Positions 13,409 through 25,804 of a DNA stretch of 64,000 nucleotides are shown here, piece by piece (position 1 is the first letter of the stretch; each line of letters opens with the position of its first letter). The position numbers and the translations under genes were made by a program. The notes under the pieces were generated by a model. That model had not been told where the DNA came from and did no database searches. It saw only the letters and a program-made list of their open reading frames with translations. The stretch covers positions 4,960,001 through 5,024,000 of the forward strand of contig CAVWVQ010000003.1 of the NCBI GenBank assembly GCA_963758525.1, read 5' to 3'. The DNA is from an uncultured Phycisphaerales bacterium (GTDB lineage Bacteria; Planctomycetota; Phycisphaerae; Tepidisphaerales; Tepidisphaeraceae).

Positions 13409-16320
13409 ATGTTCTTCACGAAACATCGGAACCGGTCAAAGTCGTTGCGCGCGCATCGTGGGATATTTCCCGACTTCGGAATCGAATCCCTGGAGCCACG
13501 GCGGCTGTTTTCATCACTGGTCGTGACGACCGTCGACGACTCCACGTCGCACCCGGGCTTTGTTTCGCTGCGAGACGCGATGTTCACCGCCGACACCGAC
13601 GCTGCCAACGGCACATCAGACACGATCACGTTCAAGCCCAGTCTGGACGGCGATACGATCACGCTACAGCAGGGCGTCCTCTCACTGGGTGCCGACGGCA
13701 CCGTTCGCGGCGTCATTACGATCGATGGCGGTAACCAGATCACGATCAGCGGCAACAACGCCAGCGGCGTCTTTATGGTGGCTCAAGGCATGACTGCCGT
13801 CATCAAGGGACTCACAATCACGGGCGGCACAACCGCAAACGGCGGCGGTATAGATAATGCGGGCGCGCTGTCGGTTGCCAACAGCACCTTCTCGGATGAC
13901 TCCGCCGCCAACGGCTACAGCGGCGGCGGCATTTACAACTCCGGCACACTCACCGTCGCCAACAGCACCTTCTCGGATGACTCCGCCGGCGGCTACGGCG
14001 GCGGCATTGACAACGACGGCGCACTCACCGTCGCCAACACTACCTTCTCGAATGACTCAGCCGACGCCGGCGGCGGCGGCATTCTCAACGAGGACGCACT
14101 CACCGTCGTCAACAGCACCTTCTCGGATGACGTAGCCGCCCCCGACGGCGGCGGCATTTTCAACATTGGCACACTCACCGTCGCCAACAGCACCTTCTCG
14201 GATGACTCAGCCGGCACTGCCGGCGGCGGCATTTACGACGAAGGCGGCGGCACACGCACCGTCGCTAACAGCACCCTCTCGGGAAACTCGGCGTCGGTGG
14301 GCGGCGGCATTTACGAGGACGGCACCCTGACGTTGCTGTCCACCATCGTTGCCGGCAACACAGCCGATTCCGAAGCGCACGGGCCGGATGTTGCTGGAGT
14401 GGTCGCGCCTCCCAGCACGTACAACCTGATCGGCGACGGTACCGACATGACCGGCATCACCAACGGCTTCAACGGCAATCAGGTCGGCACAAGTGCTGCC
14501 CCCATCGGCCCGGGACTTCTGTCACTCGATGACAATGGCGGGCCGACGCAAACGATGGTGTTGACGGCGAACAGCCCCGCACGGCATGCGGGCGGATCGC
14601 TGACAAAGCTGACCGCCGCCGTCACCGCTTCGACGACCACGATCCCCGTGGCCCTCGCCTCGGCCATCGCCAGCACGCCGGGCAGCTACGTCATCCAGGT
14701 TGAAAGCGAACAGATGCTGGTCACCAACGTCAGTGGGAATAATCTCATTGTCACGCGCGGCTATGACGGCACCACGGCAGCCGCACACGCCGCCAACGCG
14801 AAAGTTTATCTCCCCACTGACCAAACCGGTTCGTCGCGCCTTGGCATCCCCGACATCGGTGCATTCCAGTATCAACTGGTTACCAGCAGCGTCAATCCGC
14901 TGCCGGCAACGGAAACTTCCGCCACGTTCAACGTTTCCTGGAGCGGAACACCGGGCACCGACGATTATGGCGTTGCTAACTATTCCATCTATGTTTCCGA
15001 CAACGGCGGCCAGTACACGCCCTGGCAAGACCAGACCACCGATACTTCTGACCCCTTCACCGGCGTGAACGGGCACACGTACCGCTTCTACAGCGTCGCC
15101 ACGGATACCGCCGGCAATGTTCAGCCGAAGCCGACGGCGCCCCAGGCGAGCACGAGCGTGCGGGTGGAGATCCCTCCCGCCTTCACCAGCGCCAACCACA
15201 CGACCTTCACCGTTGGCACTGCCGGTTCCTTTACGGTTGCCGCCAGTGGAACGCCGGCGCCAGCCTACAACGAAACCGGCACGCTCCCCTCGGGCATCTC
15301 GCTCAATGGCATCACCGGCGTTTTGAGCGGAACTTCCGCCGCGGGGTCGGTTGGAACTTATCCTCTGACGCTGATCGCCTCCAATGGAGCTGGCGCTCCG
15401 GCGACCCAGGCATTTACGCTGACCATCGCCGCCGCGTCCTGCAAGACCACGCTGACCAAGAGCACTACCTCCGCCATCAAGTATGGCCAGAGCGTCACGT
15501 TTACCGCCGCTGTCGCGCCGGCCGGCACCAACTCCCTGAAGCCGACCGGGACAGTGACTTTCTATGACAACGGCGGTTCGATCGGCACCGCCACGCTTAG
15601 CGGCGGCATCGCAACATTGACGACCACGTCGGTTTCCCTGGGCAGCAATTCGATGGCGGCAATCTATTTCGGCGACGCGAACTTCACCGGCACCACGTTC
15701 GGCGCCCTGAGCCAGACCGTAACCCAGTCGGCCACCACCACGGCCCTTACCAAAAGCACCACGACCACCGCCAAGTTCGGCCAGAGCCTCACCTTCACCG
15801 CGACAATGGCTGCCGTCAGCCCCGGCAGCGGCACACCCACCGGCACAGTTAAATTCGAAGACGGCGCGACGGTCATCGGCACCGGCACGCTCAGCGGCGG
15901 GGTCGCCAAGTTCACGACTATGGCGCTTGCGGTGGGAAGCCATTCGATCAAGGCCGTCTACAGCGGCGACACCAACTTCACCACCAGCACCTCCGCGTCC
16001 ATGAGTCAGACGGTGGCCCAGGCTTCGACGACCACCAAGCTGACCAAGAATACGACCACCGCCATCCACTCCGGCCAAAGCGTGACGTTCACCGCCGCAA
16101 TCACGGCGGTGAGTCCCGGCGCGGGGACGCCGAGCGGCATCGTGACCTTCTACGACAACGGCAGCACCATGCTCGGCACCGGCGGCTCACCGGCGGGGTT
16201 ACCACGTTCACTACCACCACGCTGCCGCTCGGGAGCAATTCGATCACCGCCGTCTACAGCGGCGACACGGACTTCAGCACCAGCACTTCTGTTGCGGCGA
16301 GTCAGACAGTGACATCCTAA
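13409..16320 (+). CDS. Array gene 4 (type B): same modular architecture; frameshift near 16184
   Basis: ORF 13409..16312; IESLEPRRLF motif. The terminal module resumes in another frame and ends QTVTS-TAA at 16320. Confidence 0.85.
13865..14290 (+). repeat. Intragenic tandem repeat, about six units of ~72 bp (LTVANSTFSDDSA..GGGI.N.G)
   Basis: CACTCACCGTCGCCAACAGCACCTTCTCGGATGACTC recurs nearly verbatim. Confidence 0.85.
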
Positions 16321-16436
16321 ATTAACGTGCGCGAGCACGCCGCGTGCGCAGTTATGATGTTGCCCTTCGGGCCGCAGCTAAAAGATGCCCGGAAGCCCAT
16401 GGGCGCGCACGGTCATTAGAAAAGGAGACCCAAAGG

Positions 16437-19399
16437 ATGCAACTTAAAAAGCGGCGCAACCCGTCGAAATATCTTCCCGTGATGAGCCGAGTCAACCGAC
16501 GAATTGAAATCGAGGCATTGGAGTGCCGTCGCTTGTTCAATGCGTTGGTCGTCACAACCGAGTCCGACAGTCCCATGCACACCGGCGAATCGCTGCGCGA
16601 TGCCGTCGTCGCGGCAGACTTCGATGCTGAGTTCGGAATCTCCGATACGATCACTTTCAAGCCCGGCTTTGGCACCTTTTTTAAACTGTCCCAGGGCGAA
16701 CTGGTCCTGGACGACGGCGGAGTCTCCACGAGCGCGATCATCACAATCGATGGGGCAAGTCAGGACGAAATCTTCGGCGACGGCTCGGACAGGGCGTTTC
16801 TGGTCGACGGCGGAGTCAACCTCATGCTCAACGGGTTGCAAATCAGCGGCGGCACCGCCGGGCTCGGCGGCGGAATCGTGAATGAGGGAAACCTCACACT
16901 GAACAGTTGCACTTTTTACAACAACGGCGCGACCAGCGACGGTGGGGCAGTCTATAACACCGGCATACTAAACGTGAATACGTCGACGTTCGTCGGGAAC
17001 GGGGCTTTTGAAAGCCGGGGAGACACGCAGAGCGGCGGCGCGATTTACAATAACGGCGGCACGATGACGATCAGCGAATCCACCTTCAATGACAATCATG
17101 CGGTGATTAACGGCGGAGCCATAGACAACGTCGCCGGCGGATCAGCAACCGTCAGCGGTTCAACGTTTGTGAGCAACACGTCCGGGGGGGATCAGCTTGG
17201 GGGGAACGGGGGTGGCGTTGAAAACGACGGCACGATGACCGTCCTCAACTCAACGTTCAACCAGAACACTGCCGGAGGGGATGGCGGCGGGATCGGGAAT
17301 AGTTCCGCTCTCACCGTCACGTATTCCACCATTTCAGGAAACACATCCGACACAACCGGCGGGGGGCTCAGCACAACCGGTACGTGTACGCTCCTATCCA
17401 GCGTAGTCGCCGGCAATTCCTGCACGGATGGCGGCGCCGTGGATCTCGTGGGCACCTTCCAGGCCACCAGCAGCCACAACGTCATCGGCGACGGGTCGGC
17501 TGAGATCGGAATCAGCGACGCAAGCAATGGAAATCAAGTCGGAAGCGGCGCCTTCGATCTTCCATCGGCTGACTATGCCGATGCGCTGGCCTACAACGGC
17601 GGCCCCACTGAAACGATGGTCCCCACCTCTCGCAGCATCAACCAGGGAGGAAGCGTCACGTATATCAGTGGTCCGATCAGCGGCACGCAAACCACCATTC
17701 CTGTCGGTTTCGCGTCTGCGATCGCCAGCACGGCGGGGAACTACGTGATCCTGGTGGGCAGCGAGCAAATGCTGGTGACGGGCGTTGATCTTCCCGACAA
17801 CACTCTCACCGTCGTCCGCGGATACGACGGCACCGCGGCGGCGTCCGAGAATTTCGGAACCGCCGTCTACGTGGCGACAGATCAGACCGGGCAACTCCGC
17901 GACAGCGCTCCGGACGTCGGGTCATTTGAGTATCAGGAGCTGTTCAGCAGCGTGACGCCGCTGCCGGCAACGGAAACCTCGACAAGCTTTCCCGTGAGCT
18001 GGTCGGGGCATCCCGCCAGCGACGACGCCCCGATCGCCTACTACACGATCTATGATTCAGACAATGGCGGCGCCTACACGGTCTGGCTGGCGAAGACTAC
18101 CGCCACCTCGGCAATCTTCACCGGCATCACCGGACACACCTACAGCTTCTACAGCCTGGCCACCGCATACCCCGATCTCTATTCCCTCGGCGAACCACAA
18201 CCCGTGGCGGGCCCCCCGGCAACAACCACAATCGTGGCGCCGGCGGCGCCGAAGTTTACCAGCTCCAGCCAGAAGACTTTCACGGCGGGAGTTCCCGGCT
18301 CCTTCACGGCGGCCGCCAGCGGGTCGCCCGCTCCCTCTTTCAGCGAGGCAGGCGCGCTGCCCAACGGCGTGGCATTCAATTCCGCCACCGGCCTTTTCAG
18401 TGGAACGCCGGCGTCCGGAACCGTGGGGACGTACGCGCTGAACCTTTACGCGTTCAACGGGGTCGGGTACGCCGCAACTCAGTCGTTCAAGCTCATCGTG
18501 GCGCAGGCCGGGACTACGACGAAGCTGACGAAGAATACCACCAGCGCTGTCAAATACGGACAGAGCGTGACGTTTACCATCACCGTAAGTGCCGCCGCCG
18601 CCAATGCCCTCACTCCCGGCGGCAGCGGCAATGTCGTGCTGGAAGGTAATTCCACGCCGTTCGGCACCGCCACGCTCAGCAACGGCGTTGCCACCTTCAC
18701 TACCCGCAACTTGGCGTTGGGCGCCAACTCGATCAGTGCCTTCTACGACGGCGACGCGAACTTCGCCGCGAGCGCTTCGGGCTCGCTGACCCAGACGGTC
18801 ACTCAATCCGCAACGACCGCGACGCTGACCAAGAACACCACCGGCGCAACCAGGTTTGGACAGAGCGTAACCTTCACGGCCAAGCTCGCCGCTGTCAGCC
18901 CCGGCGCAGCGCCCCAACCGGCATCGTGACCTTCAAGCACGGTTCGACCACCCTCGGCACCGGCACGCTCAGCAGCGGCGTCGCCACGTTCACGACCACC
19001 TCGCTTCCCGTGGGCAGCAATTCGATCACTGCCGTGTACGGCGGCGACACGGATTTCACTGGCAGCACGTCGGGCGCATTGACTCAGACCGTCAGTCAGT
19101 CCGCAACCACTACCAAGCTGACGAAGAATACGACCACCTCCATTCACTCCGGCCAGAGCGTGACCTTCACCGCCACCCTGGCGGCAGTGAGTCCCGGCGC
19201 GGGGACACCTACGGGAATCGTCACCTTCTATGACAACACCAGCACCATGCTCGGCACCGGCACGCTCACCGGCGGGATCGCTACGTTCACCACGACAACG
19301 CTGCCTGTCGGCAGCAATTCGATTACTGCTGTCTACGGAGGCACTGCGGACTTCGCAACCAGCACGTCGGGTGCGGTGAGCCAGACGGTGACCTCGTGA
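16437..19399 (+). CDS. Array gene 5 (type A, closest to gene 3); frameshift near 18912
   Basis: AAGGAG before ATG 16437; IEALECRRLF. Shares DY.DALAYNGGPT, GVDLPDN.LTVVRGYDGT.AASENF and SWSGHPAS with gene 3. ORFs 16344..18929 and 18926..19399. Confidence 0.85.
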
Positions 19400-19421
19400 G
19401 GCAAGAGCCGCCGGCCCGCAT

Positions 19422-19592
19422 CCGGCGACAAGTCGCTTGGCTCCGCGCTGTCGCGACGCTTTGAGCGCCTCGGCGAAATGAGCGGTCATACACCGGGGCG
19501 CGTTGCGTCGAGCCCCGCGGGAGTCGGACAATCGTTGCTGTTCGGGGACGCTGGGAGTCGCGTCAGCGCGGAACCGAGCGACTTGTCGCCGG
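19422..19592. repeat. Inverted-repeat element, copy 2
   Basis: 36-bp arms at 19422-19457 and 19557-19592 with three mismatches. The spacer is homologous to copy 1 and in the same orientation. Confidence 0.85.
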
Positions 19593-19725
19593 GCGGGTCG
19601 CGAACGATTCCGAACCTCTGCCGCGGGGCGGCGTATGGGCATGTGACAGCCACGGGCATAAACTCGTTCCTTGGGGACGAGTGAACGGCGGGTCGGCACA
19701 TCCTTCGGGAAGGAAGCAGCACATC

Positions 19726-22700
19726 ATGTTCTTCACGAAACATCGGAACCGGTCAAAGTCGTTGCGCGCGCATCGTGGGATATTTCCCGACTTCGGAATC
19801 GAATCCCTGGAGCCACGGCGGCTGTTTTCATCACTGGTCGTGACGACCGTCGACGACTCCACGTCGCACCCGGGCTTTGTTTCGCTGCGCGACGCCATCA
19901 CCACCGCCAACACCGACGCCCGTGCTGGGACCTCGGATACGATCTCATTCGCAGCCAGCCTCAACGGGCAGACGATAATGCTGCAACAAGGGCAACTGGA
20001 ACTCGGGCAAGGGGGCGCGGGCAGGGGGGTGATTACGATCAATGGCGCAAATCAGATCACTGTCAGCGGCAACGGCGTCAGCGGCATTTTCCGGGTTGAC
20101 CCGAGCGTCTCCGTCATCGTCAACGCATTGACCATCACGGACGGCAATAGCCCATCCATTCCCGGCGGCGCGATTTACAACGATTTCCACGGCAGCCTGA
20201 CTCTCGAGGACTGCACCGTCTCGGGGAACTCAGCGCCGACCGCGGTTGGCGGCGCTATCTTCAACGATGGGACGATGAGCGTTTCCAACTCCGCGTTCTC
20301 GGGAAATGCGTCGGGTGACTCAGGCGGCTGCATCTATAACTCCAACACGATGACTGTCACAAACTGCACATTTTTGCAGGATAGCGCGGGACGGCGCATA
20401 CGGTCGATGACTCGGGCGGCGCCTTGTATAACTCCGAGGCGATGACCGTCACGAATTGCACGTTTTCCGATGAGACCGCGAGCGGTGATGGCGGCGCCAT
20501 CGAGAACGCCGGCGCAGGAAACATGACGGTCGCCAATTCCACATTCTCAGAAAATACGGCGGGCAACACCGGCGGCGGGGTCAAAAACGAAAACACCATG
20601 ACGGTCACCGGCTCGACGTTCACGGGAAATACAGCGTATTCGGATGCCAACGGCAACGGCGGCGGCGGCATCTGCAACAATTTCACCATGAGCATCAGCA
20701 ACACCACGTTCACGGGAAATTCCGCGCCCGAATCGGCCGGCTATGGCGGCGCCATCGCGAGTTTCGGCCCCTCCACCATCGTCAGCTCTACGATCTCGGA
20801 AAACTCGGCAGGTGACCAGGGCGGCGGCGGTATCGGCGGCAATGTGAACCTGCTGAACTGCATTGTCGCAGGCAACACCGTCGCGGCCGGAGCGGAAGGA
20901 CCGGACATTGAGGGAATCGTGACTAGCGGCAGTACGTACAACCTGGTCGGCGACGGCACCTCCATGACCGGCATCAGCAACGGCAGCAACGGCAATCTCG
21001 TTGGCACTGGCGCCAACCCCCTCGTCCCGGAACTTTTGCCGCTCGACTACAACGGAGGTCCGACCGAGACGATGGCGTTGATGCCCAACAGCCCCGCGCG
21101 ACACGCCGGCGGACGCGTGACGAGCTTGACCGCCGCTGTGACCGCAACAGCCACCAACATCCCCGTGGGACTGCCAGCGGCCATCGCCAGCACCCCGGGC
21201 AGTTATGTCATCCGAGTCGAGAGCGAACAGATGCTCGTCACCGATATGAGCGGAAACAATTTGATCGTGACACGCGGCTACAACGGCACAACCGCCGCGG
21301 CCCACAGCATCGGCGCAAAAGTCTACCTAGCCACCGACCAGACCGGCGCGGCCCGCGGCAGCCCGTCCGACATCGGGGCATACGAGTTTCAAACCGTGTC
21401 GAGCAGTGTCAGTCCGCTTCCGGCGGCCGAACCCGGCTCCAGCTTTATCGTCTCCTGGACCGGCACCCCCGGAACCGAGGATTACGGCGTCGCCAACTAC
21501 TCCATCTACGACTCCGACAACGACGGGCAATACGTGCTCTGGAAGCATGCGACGACCGCAACATCCGGAACCTTCACCGGCATCAACGGCCACACCTACC
21601 GCTTTTACAGCGTCGCGACAGACATCGGCGGAAATGTGCAGCCCACGCCGACTGCTCCTCAGGCGATGACGACCGTCGATGTGCTCACGCCATCGGCGAT
21701 CATCAGCACCAACACGGATTTCATGTACGTCGGCGCTTCCAGCACGTTCACCGTTCTCGCTTCCGGTTACCCGGCGCCGACGTTCACCGAAACGGGGACA
21801 CTCCCCGCCGGGCTGAGCTTCGATGCCGCCAGCGGCATTTTGAGCGGCACCCCGGCGCGGGGAGCGTGGCAAGCTATGCTCTGACATTCGGCGCCTCGAA
21901 TGGAATTGGAACGGCGGCGACCCAGGCGTTCACGCTGACGATTGCCAAGGCCCAAACCACCACGAAGCTGGTCAAGAACACCACCAGCGCCGTCAAGTAT
22001 GGGCAGAGCGTGGCGTTCACCGCCACGGTCTCTTCCAGCGGCGCCAACTCGCTCAACCCATCCGGCACGGTCAAATTCATGGACGGCGCCACAATCCTGG
22101 GGACTTCCGCGCTCAGCGGGGGCGTCGCGGTATTCACCAGCAATGCCTTGAGCACGGGAAGCAACTCCGTCACGGCGGTGTACGGCGCCGATGCCAATTT
22201 CGCCGCCAGCACGTCGGCCGCGCTGACCCAAACGGTGAACCAGTCCGGGACCACGACCACGTTGACCAAGAGCCCCACGGCAGCAATCAAGTTCGGGCAA
22301 AGCGTCAGCTTCACGGCGACCGTGGCCGCGGTAGGCCCCGGCGCGGGAACCCCCACGGGTATCGCACTCTTCGAGGATGGCTCAACGGTCATCGGCACCG
22401 GGACACTCAGCGGCGGCATTGCCACCTTCACCACTGCCTCTTTTGCCGTGGGCAGCCATTCGATCAAGGCGGTGTACGGCGGGGACTCCAACTTCACCAC
22501 CAGTACGTCCGCATCGATCGGTCAGACGGTGGCCCAGGCGTCGACGACCACGAAGCTGACGAAGAACACGAGTACTTCCATTCACTCCGGCCAGAGCGTG
22601 ACGTTCACCGCCACGCTGGCCGCCGTGAGTCCCGGCGCGGGCACGCCAACTGGCATCGTCACCTTCTATGACAGCGGCAGCTTGCTCGGCACTGGCACGC

Positions 22701-22834
22701 TCAGCGGCGGGATCGCAACGTTCACCACCACGACGCTGCCCGTCGGCAGCAACTCGATTACGGCTGTCTACGGAGGCGATACGGACTTCAGCATCAGCAC
22801 GTCGGGTGCGGTGAGCCAGACGGTGACGTCCTGA
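19726..22834 (+). CDS. Array gene 6 (type B); frameshifts near 20392 and 21860
   Basis: First ~55 codons match gene 4. Joins ORFs 19681..20445, 20424..21884 and 21866..22834. Confidence 0.82.
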
Positions 22835-22884
22835 TCGGATCCAATCCGCGTCCACGGCCCTCTTGGGAAAGGAAACACCGCATC

Positions 22885-25732
22885 ATGTTCTTCAAAAACC
22901 GTCGCCATGCCTTCAAGTCCCGCGCGGCAAGCTTTCTCGCCACGTGCAGAATCGAAATCGAGGCGCTGGAGGGCCGGCGCCTGTTTACCGCGCTTGTCGT
23001 GACCACCGTCGACGACTCAGTGAACCACACCGGCGAATCGCTGCGCGATGCCATCGTTCGCGCCAACTCTGACCTCTCCACCAGCGTGTCTGACACCATT
23101 ACGTTTCTCTCCAGCCTCAATGGTGACACGATAGCGCTTTCCCAGGGTCAGCTCGAGATTGGCGCGGGCGACCCCGGTTCCGGCGCGATTACCATCAACG
23201 GCGGGAATCAAATCACCGTCAGTGGCGCGAACAAGAGCCGCGTCTTCGAGGTGGACTCCGGCGCCCAGACGGTGCTGACCGGTCTGACAATCTCCGATGG
23301 CTCCTCGACGACAGACACTGAAAATGGAGGAGGAATTGAAAACGACGGCGTGATGACCGTTAACGATTGCACGCTCTCCAATCTCCTCGCTGCTCTTGCC
23401 GGCGGCGGAATTTACAATAATGGGGCAATGCTGGTGATGAACTCAACAATCACCGGAAATTCCGCCTCGTTCGCCGGGGGTGGAATCTTTAACGCCGGTC
23501 TTGGGACAATCACCGGCTCCACCGTCTCTGGCAACAGCAGTGAAAAGGGTGGCGGCATTTACAACGGAGAGACCCTCACGGTCAGCAATTCCACGCTGTT
23601 CGGAAACTTTGCCACGCAAGGCATCGGCGGCGGGATCTTCAATTTCTCATTGCTGACGGTCAGCCACTCAACCCTTTCCGGCAACTCCGCCACGTTGGGA
23701 GGTGGCGGCATCGGCAACTCCGCTTCCAACCAAACGTTGGTGATCACAACTTTGGAGGACTCGATCGTTGCCGGGAACACGACAACAACGGAAACTGACG
23801 GACCGGATCTTCAGGGCAATTTTCCGCCCAGTACCTACAACCTGATCGGCGACGGCACGAACCAGAGCGGGTTGAGCAACGGCAACGGCGGGAATCTCGT
23901 AGGCACCAGCGCCAATCCGATCCCGGCAGGGCTGCTGCCGCTGGATTTCAATGGCGGACCGACTCAGACCATGGCCCTGACGGCCAACAGCCTGGCGCGG
24001 AACGCGGGCGGGCGCGTCACGAGCCTTACGGCGGCGGCCAGTTCATCCGCTGCCACCATCTCCGTCGGCTTGGCTTCAGCTATCTCCAGCGTGGGCAGCG
24101 GCGTGATACAGATTGACGGTGAGCAGATGCTTGTCACGAATGTTGACTCAAATTCCCTGACCGTCACGCGGGGTTACAACGGCACGACAAAGGTCGCCCA
24201 CAGCCTCGGCGCCAAAGTCTACCTGGCCACCGACCAGACCGGCGCAGTGCGCGTCCTTCCGCCGGACATCGGTGCATACGAGTATCAGACGGTCGCCAGT
24301 ACCGTGAAAGCGCTCCCCTCCACTGAATCGAGCGCCAGCTTCACCGTTTCCTGGTCGGGCACTCCAGGGACTGAGGGCTACAGCATCTCCACCTATACCG
24401 TTTACGTCTCTGACAATGGCGCGACATTCGTGCCGTTCGAGCACCAGACGACTGATACATCCGACACGTTCACGGGTGTGAACGGCCACACCTATCGCTT
24501 CTACAGCGTCGCCACCGACGCTGCCGGGAATGTGCAGCCCACGCCTGCGCCCCAGGCCAAGACCACGGTGCAAATCCCGATTGCGCCGACCATCACCAGC
24601 GCCGCCGCCGCGACCTTCGCCGTCGGTACGGCAGGATCGTTTACCGTCATGGCAACCGGAACTCCCGTAGCGACATTCAGCGAAACGGGGACACTGCCAA
24701 CCGGCGTGACCTTTAACGCCGCGACCGGCGTCCTGGGCGGCACTCCCTCCGCCGGGAAGGTCGGGACGTACACCGTGACTTTTGGAGCGTCCAACGGAGT
24801 AGGCACTCCCGCCAGCCAGTCATTCACGTTGACTGTAGCGAAGGCGGCGACGACCACCGCGCTGACCAAGAGCACGACCACGACCATCAAGTTCGGGCAA
24901 AGTGTCACGTTTACCGCGGCTGTGACCGCGGCAAGCGCGAACACAATTACCCCGACCGGCACTGTCACCTTCGAGGACGGGACCAACGTGCTGGGAACCG
25001 CCGCGCTCAGCGCCGGAATCGCCAAGTTCACCACCACGACGCTGCCTGCGGGCAGCCATTCGATCAAGGCAGTCTATGGCACGGACAGCAACTTCTCCGC
25101 CAGCACATCGAGTTCGATGAGCCAGACGGTGAGCCAGTCATCGACCACGACCACACTTAACCAAGACCCCGACGACGGCGATCGTGTTCGGCCAAAGCGT
25201 GACGTTCAACGCATCCCTGGCGGCGGTGGCCCCCGGCGCCGGGACACCTACCGGAAGCGTGATCTTCGAGGATGGGACGGCCGTGCTCGGAACCAGCACG
25301 CTCAGTGGCGGAATTGCGACGCTTACCACCACCGCGCTGAGCGTGGGAAGCCATTCCATCAAAGCCGTCTACGGCGGAGATTCCAACTTCACGACCAGCG
25401 TTTCGAGCACTCTCAGTCAGACGGTGAATAAGTCGGCGACAACCACCAAGCTGACCAAGAACACGACCGGTTCCATCACGTCAGGCCAAAGCGTGACATT
25501 CACGGCAACGCTGCTGGCCGTGAGCCCCGGCGCGGGAGTGCCTGCGGGAATCGTGACGTTCTATGACAATGGCAGCACCATGCTCGGTACCGGCACGCTC
25601 ACCGGCGGGATCGCCACGTTTTCCACGACGGCGCTGCCAGTCGGGAGCAATTCGATTACGGCTGTCTACGGAGGCGACACAGACTTCAGTACCAGCACTT
25701 CGGGTGCGGTGAGTCAGACGGTCACATCATAA
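22885..25732 (+). CDS. Array gene 7; frameshift near 25158
   Basis: IEALEGRRLF motif and the same module order. ORFs 22885..25431 and 25184..25732. Confidence 0.85.
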
Positions 25733-25804
25733 GCGGAGAGCCTACGTGTATTGGGCGCAGCGGGACAAGGGATCGGAAGTCGCTATTTTGCGGGCGGTGA
25801 AGGC

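Noticed and set aside
13865..14290. Regularly spaced ~37-bp repeats as a CRISPR array
   Set aside because: They are in-frame protein repeats, the intervening sequences are homologous to each other, and no cas genes are present.
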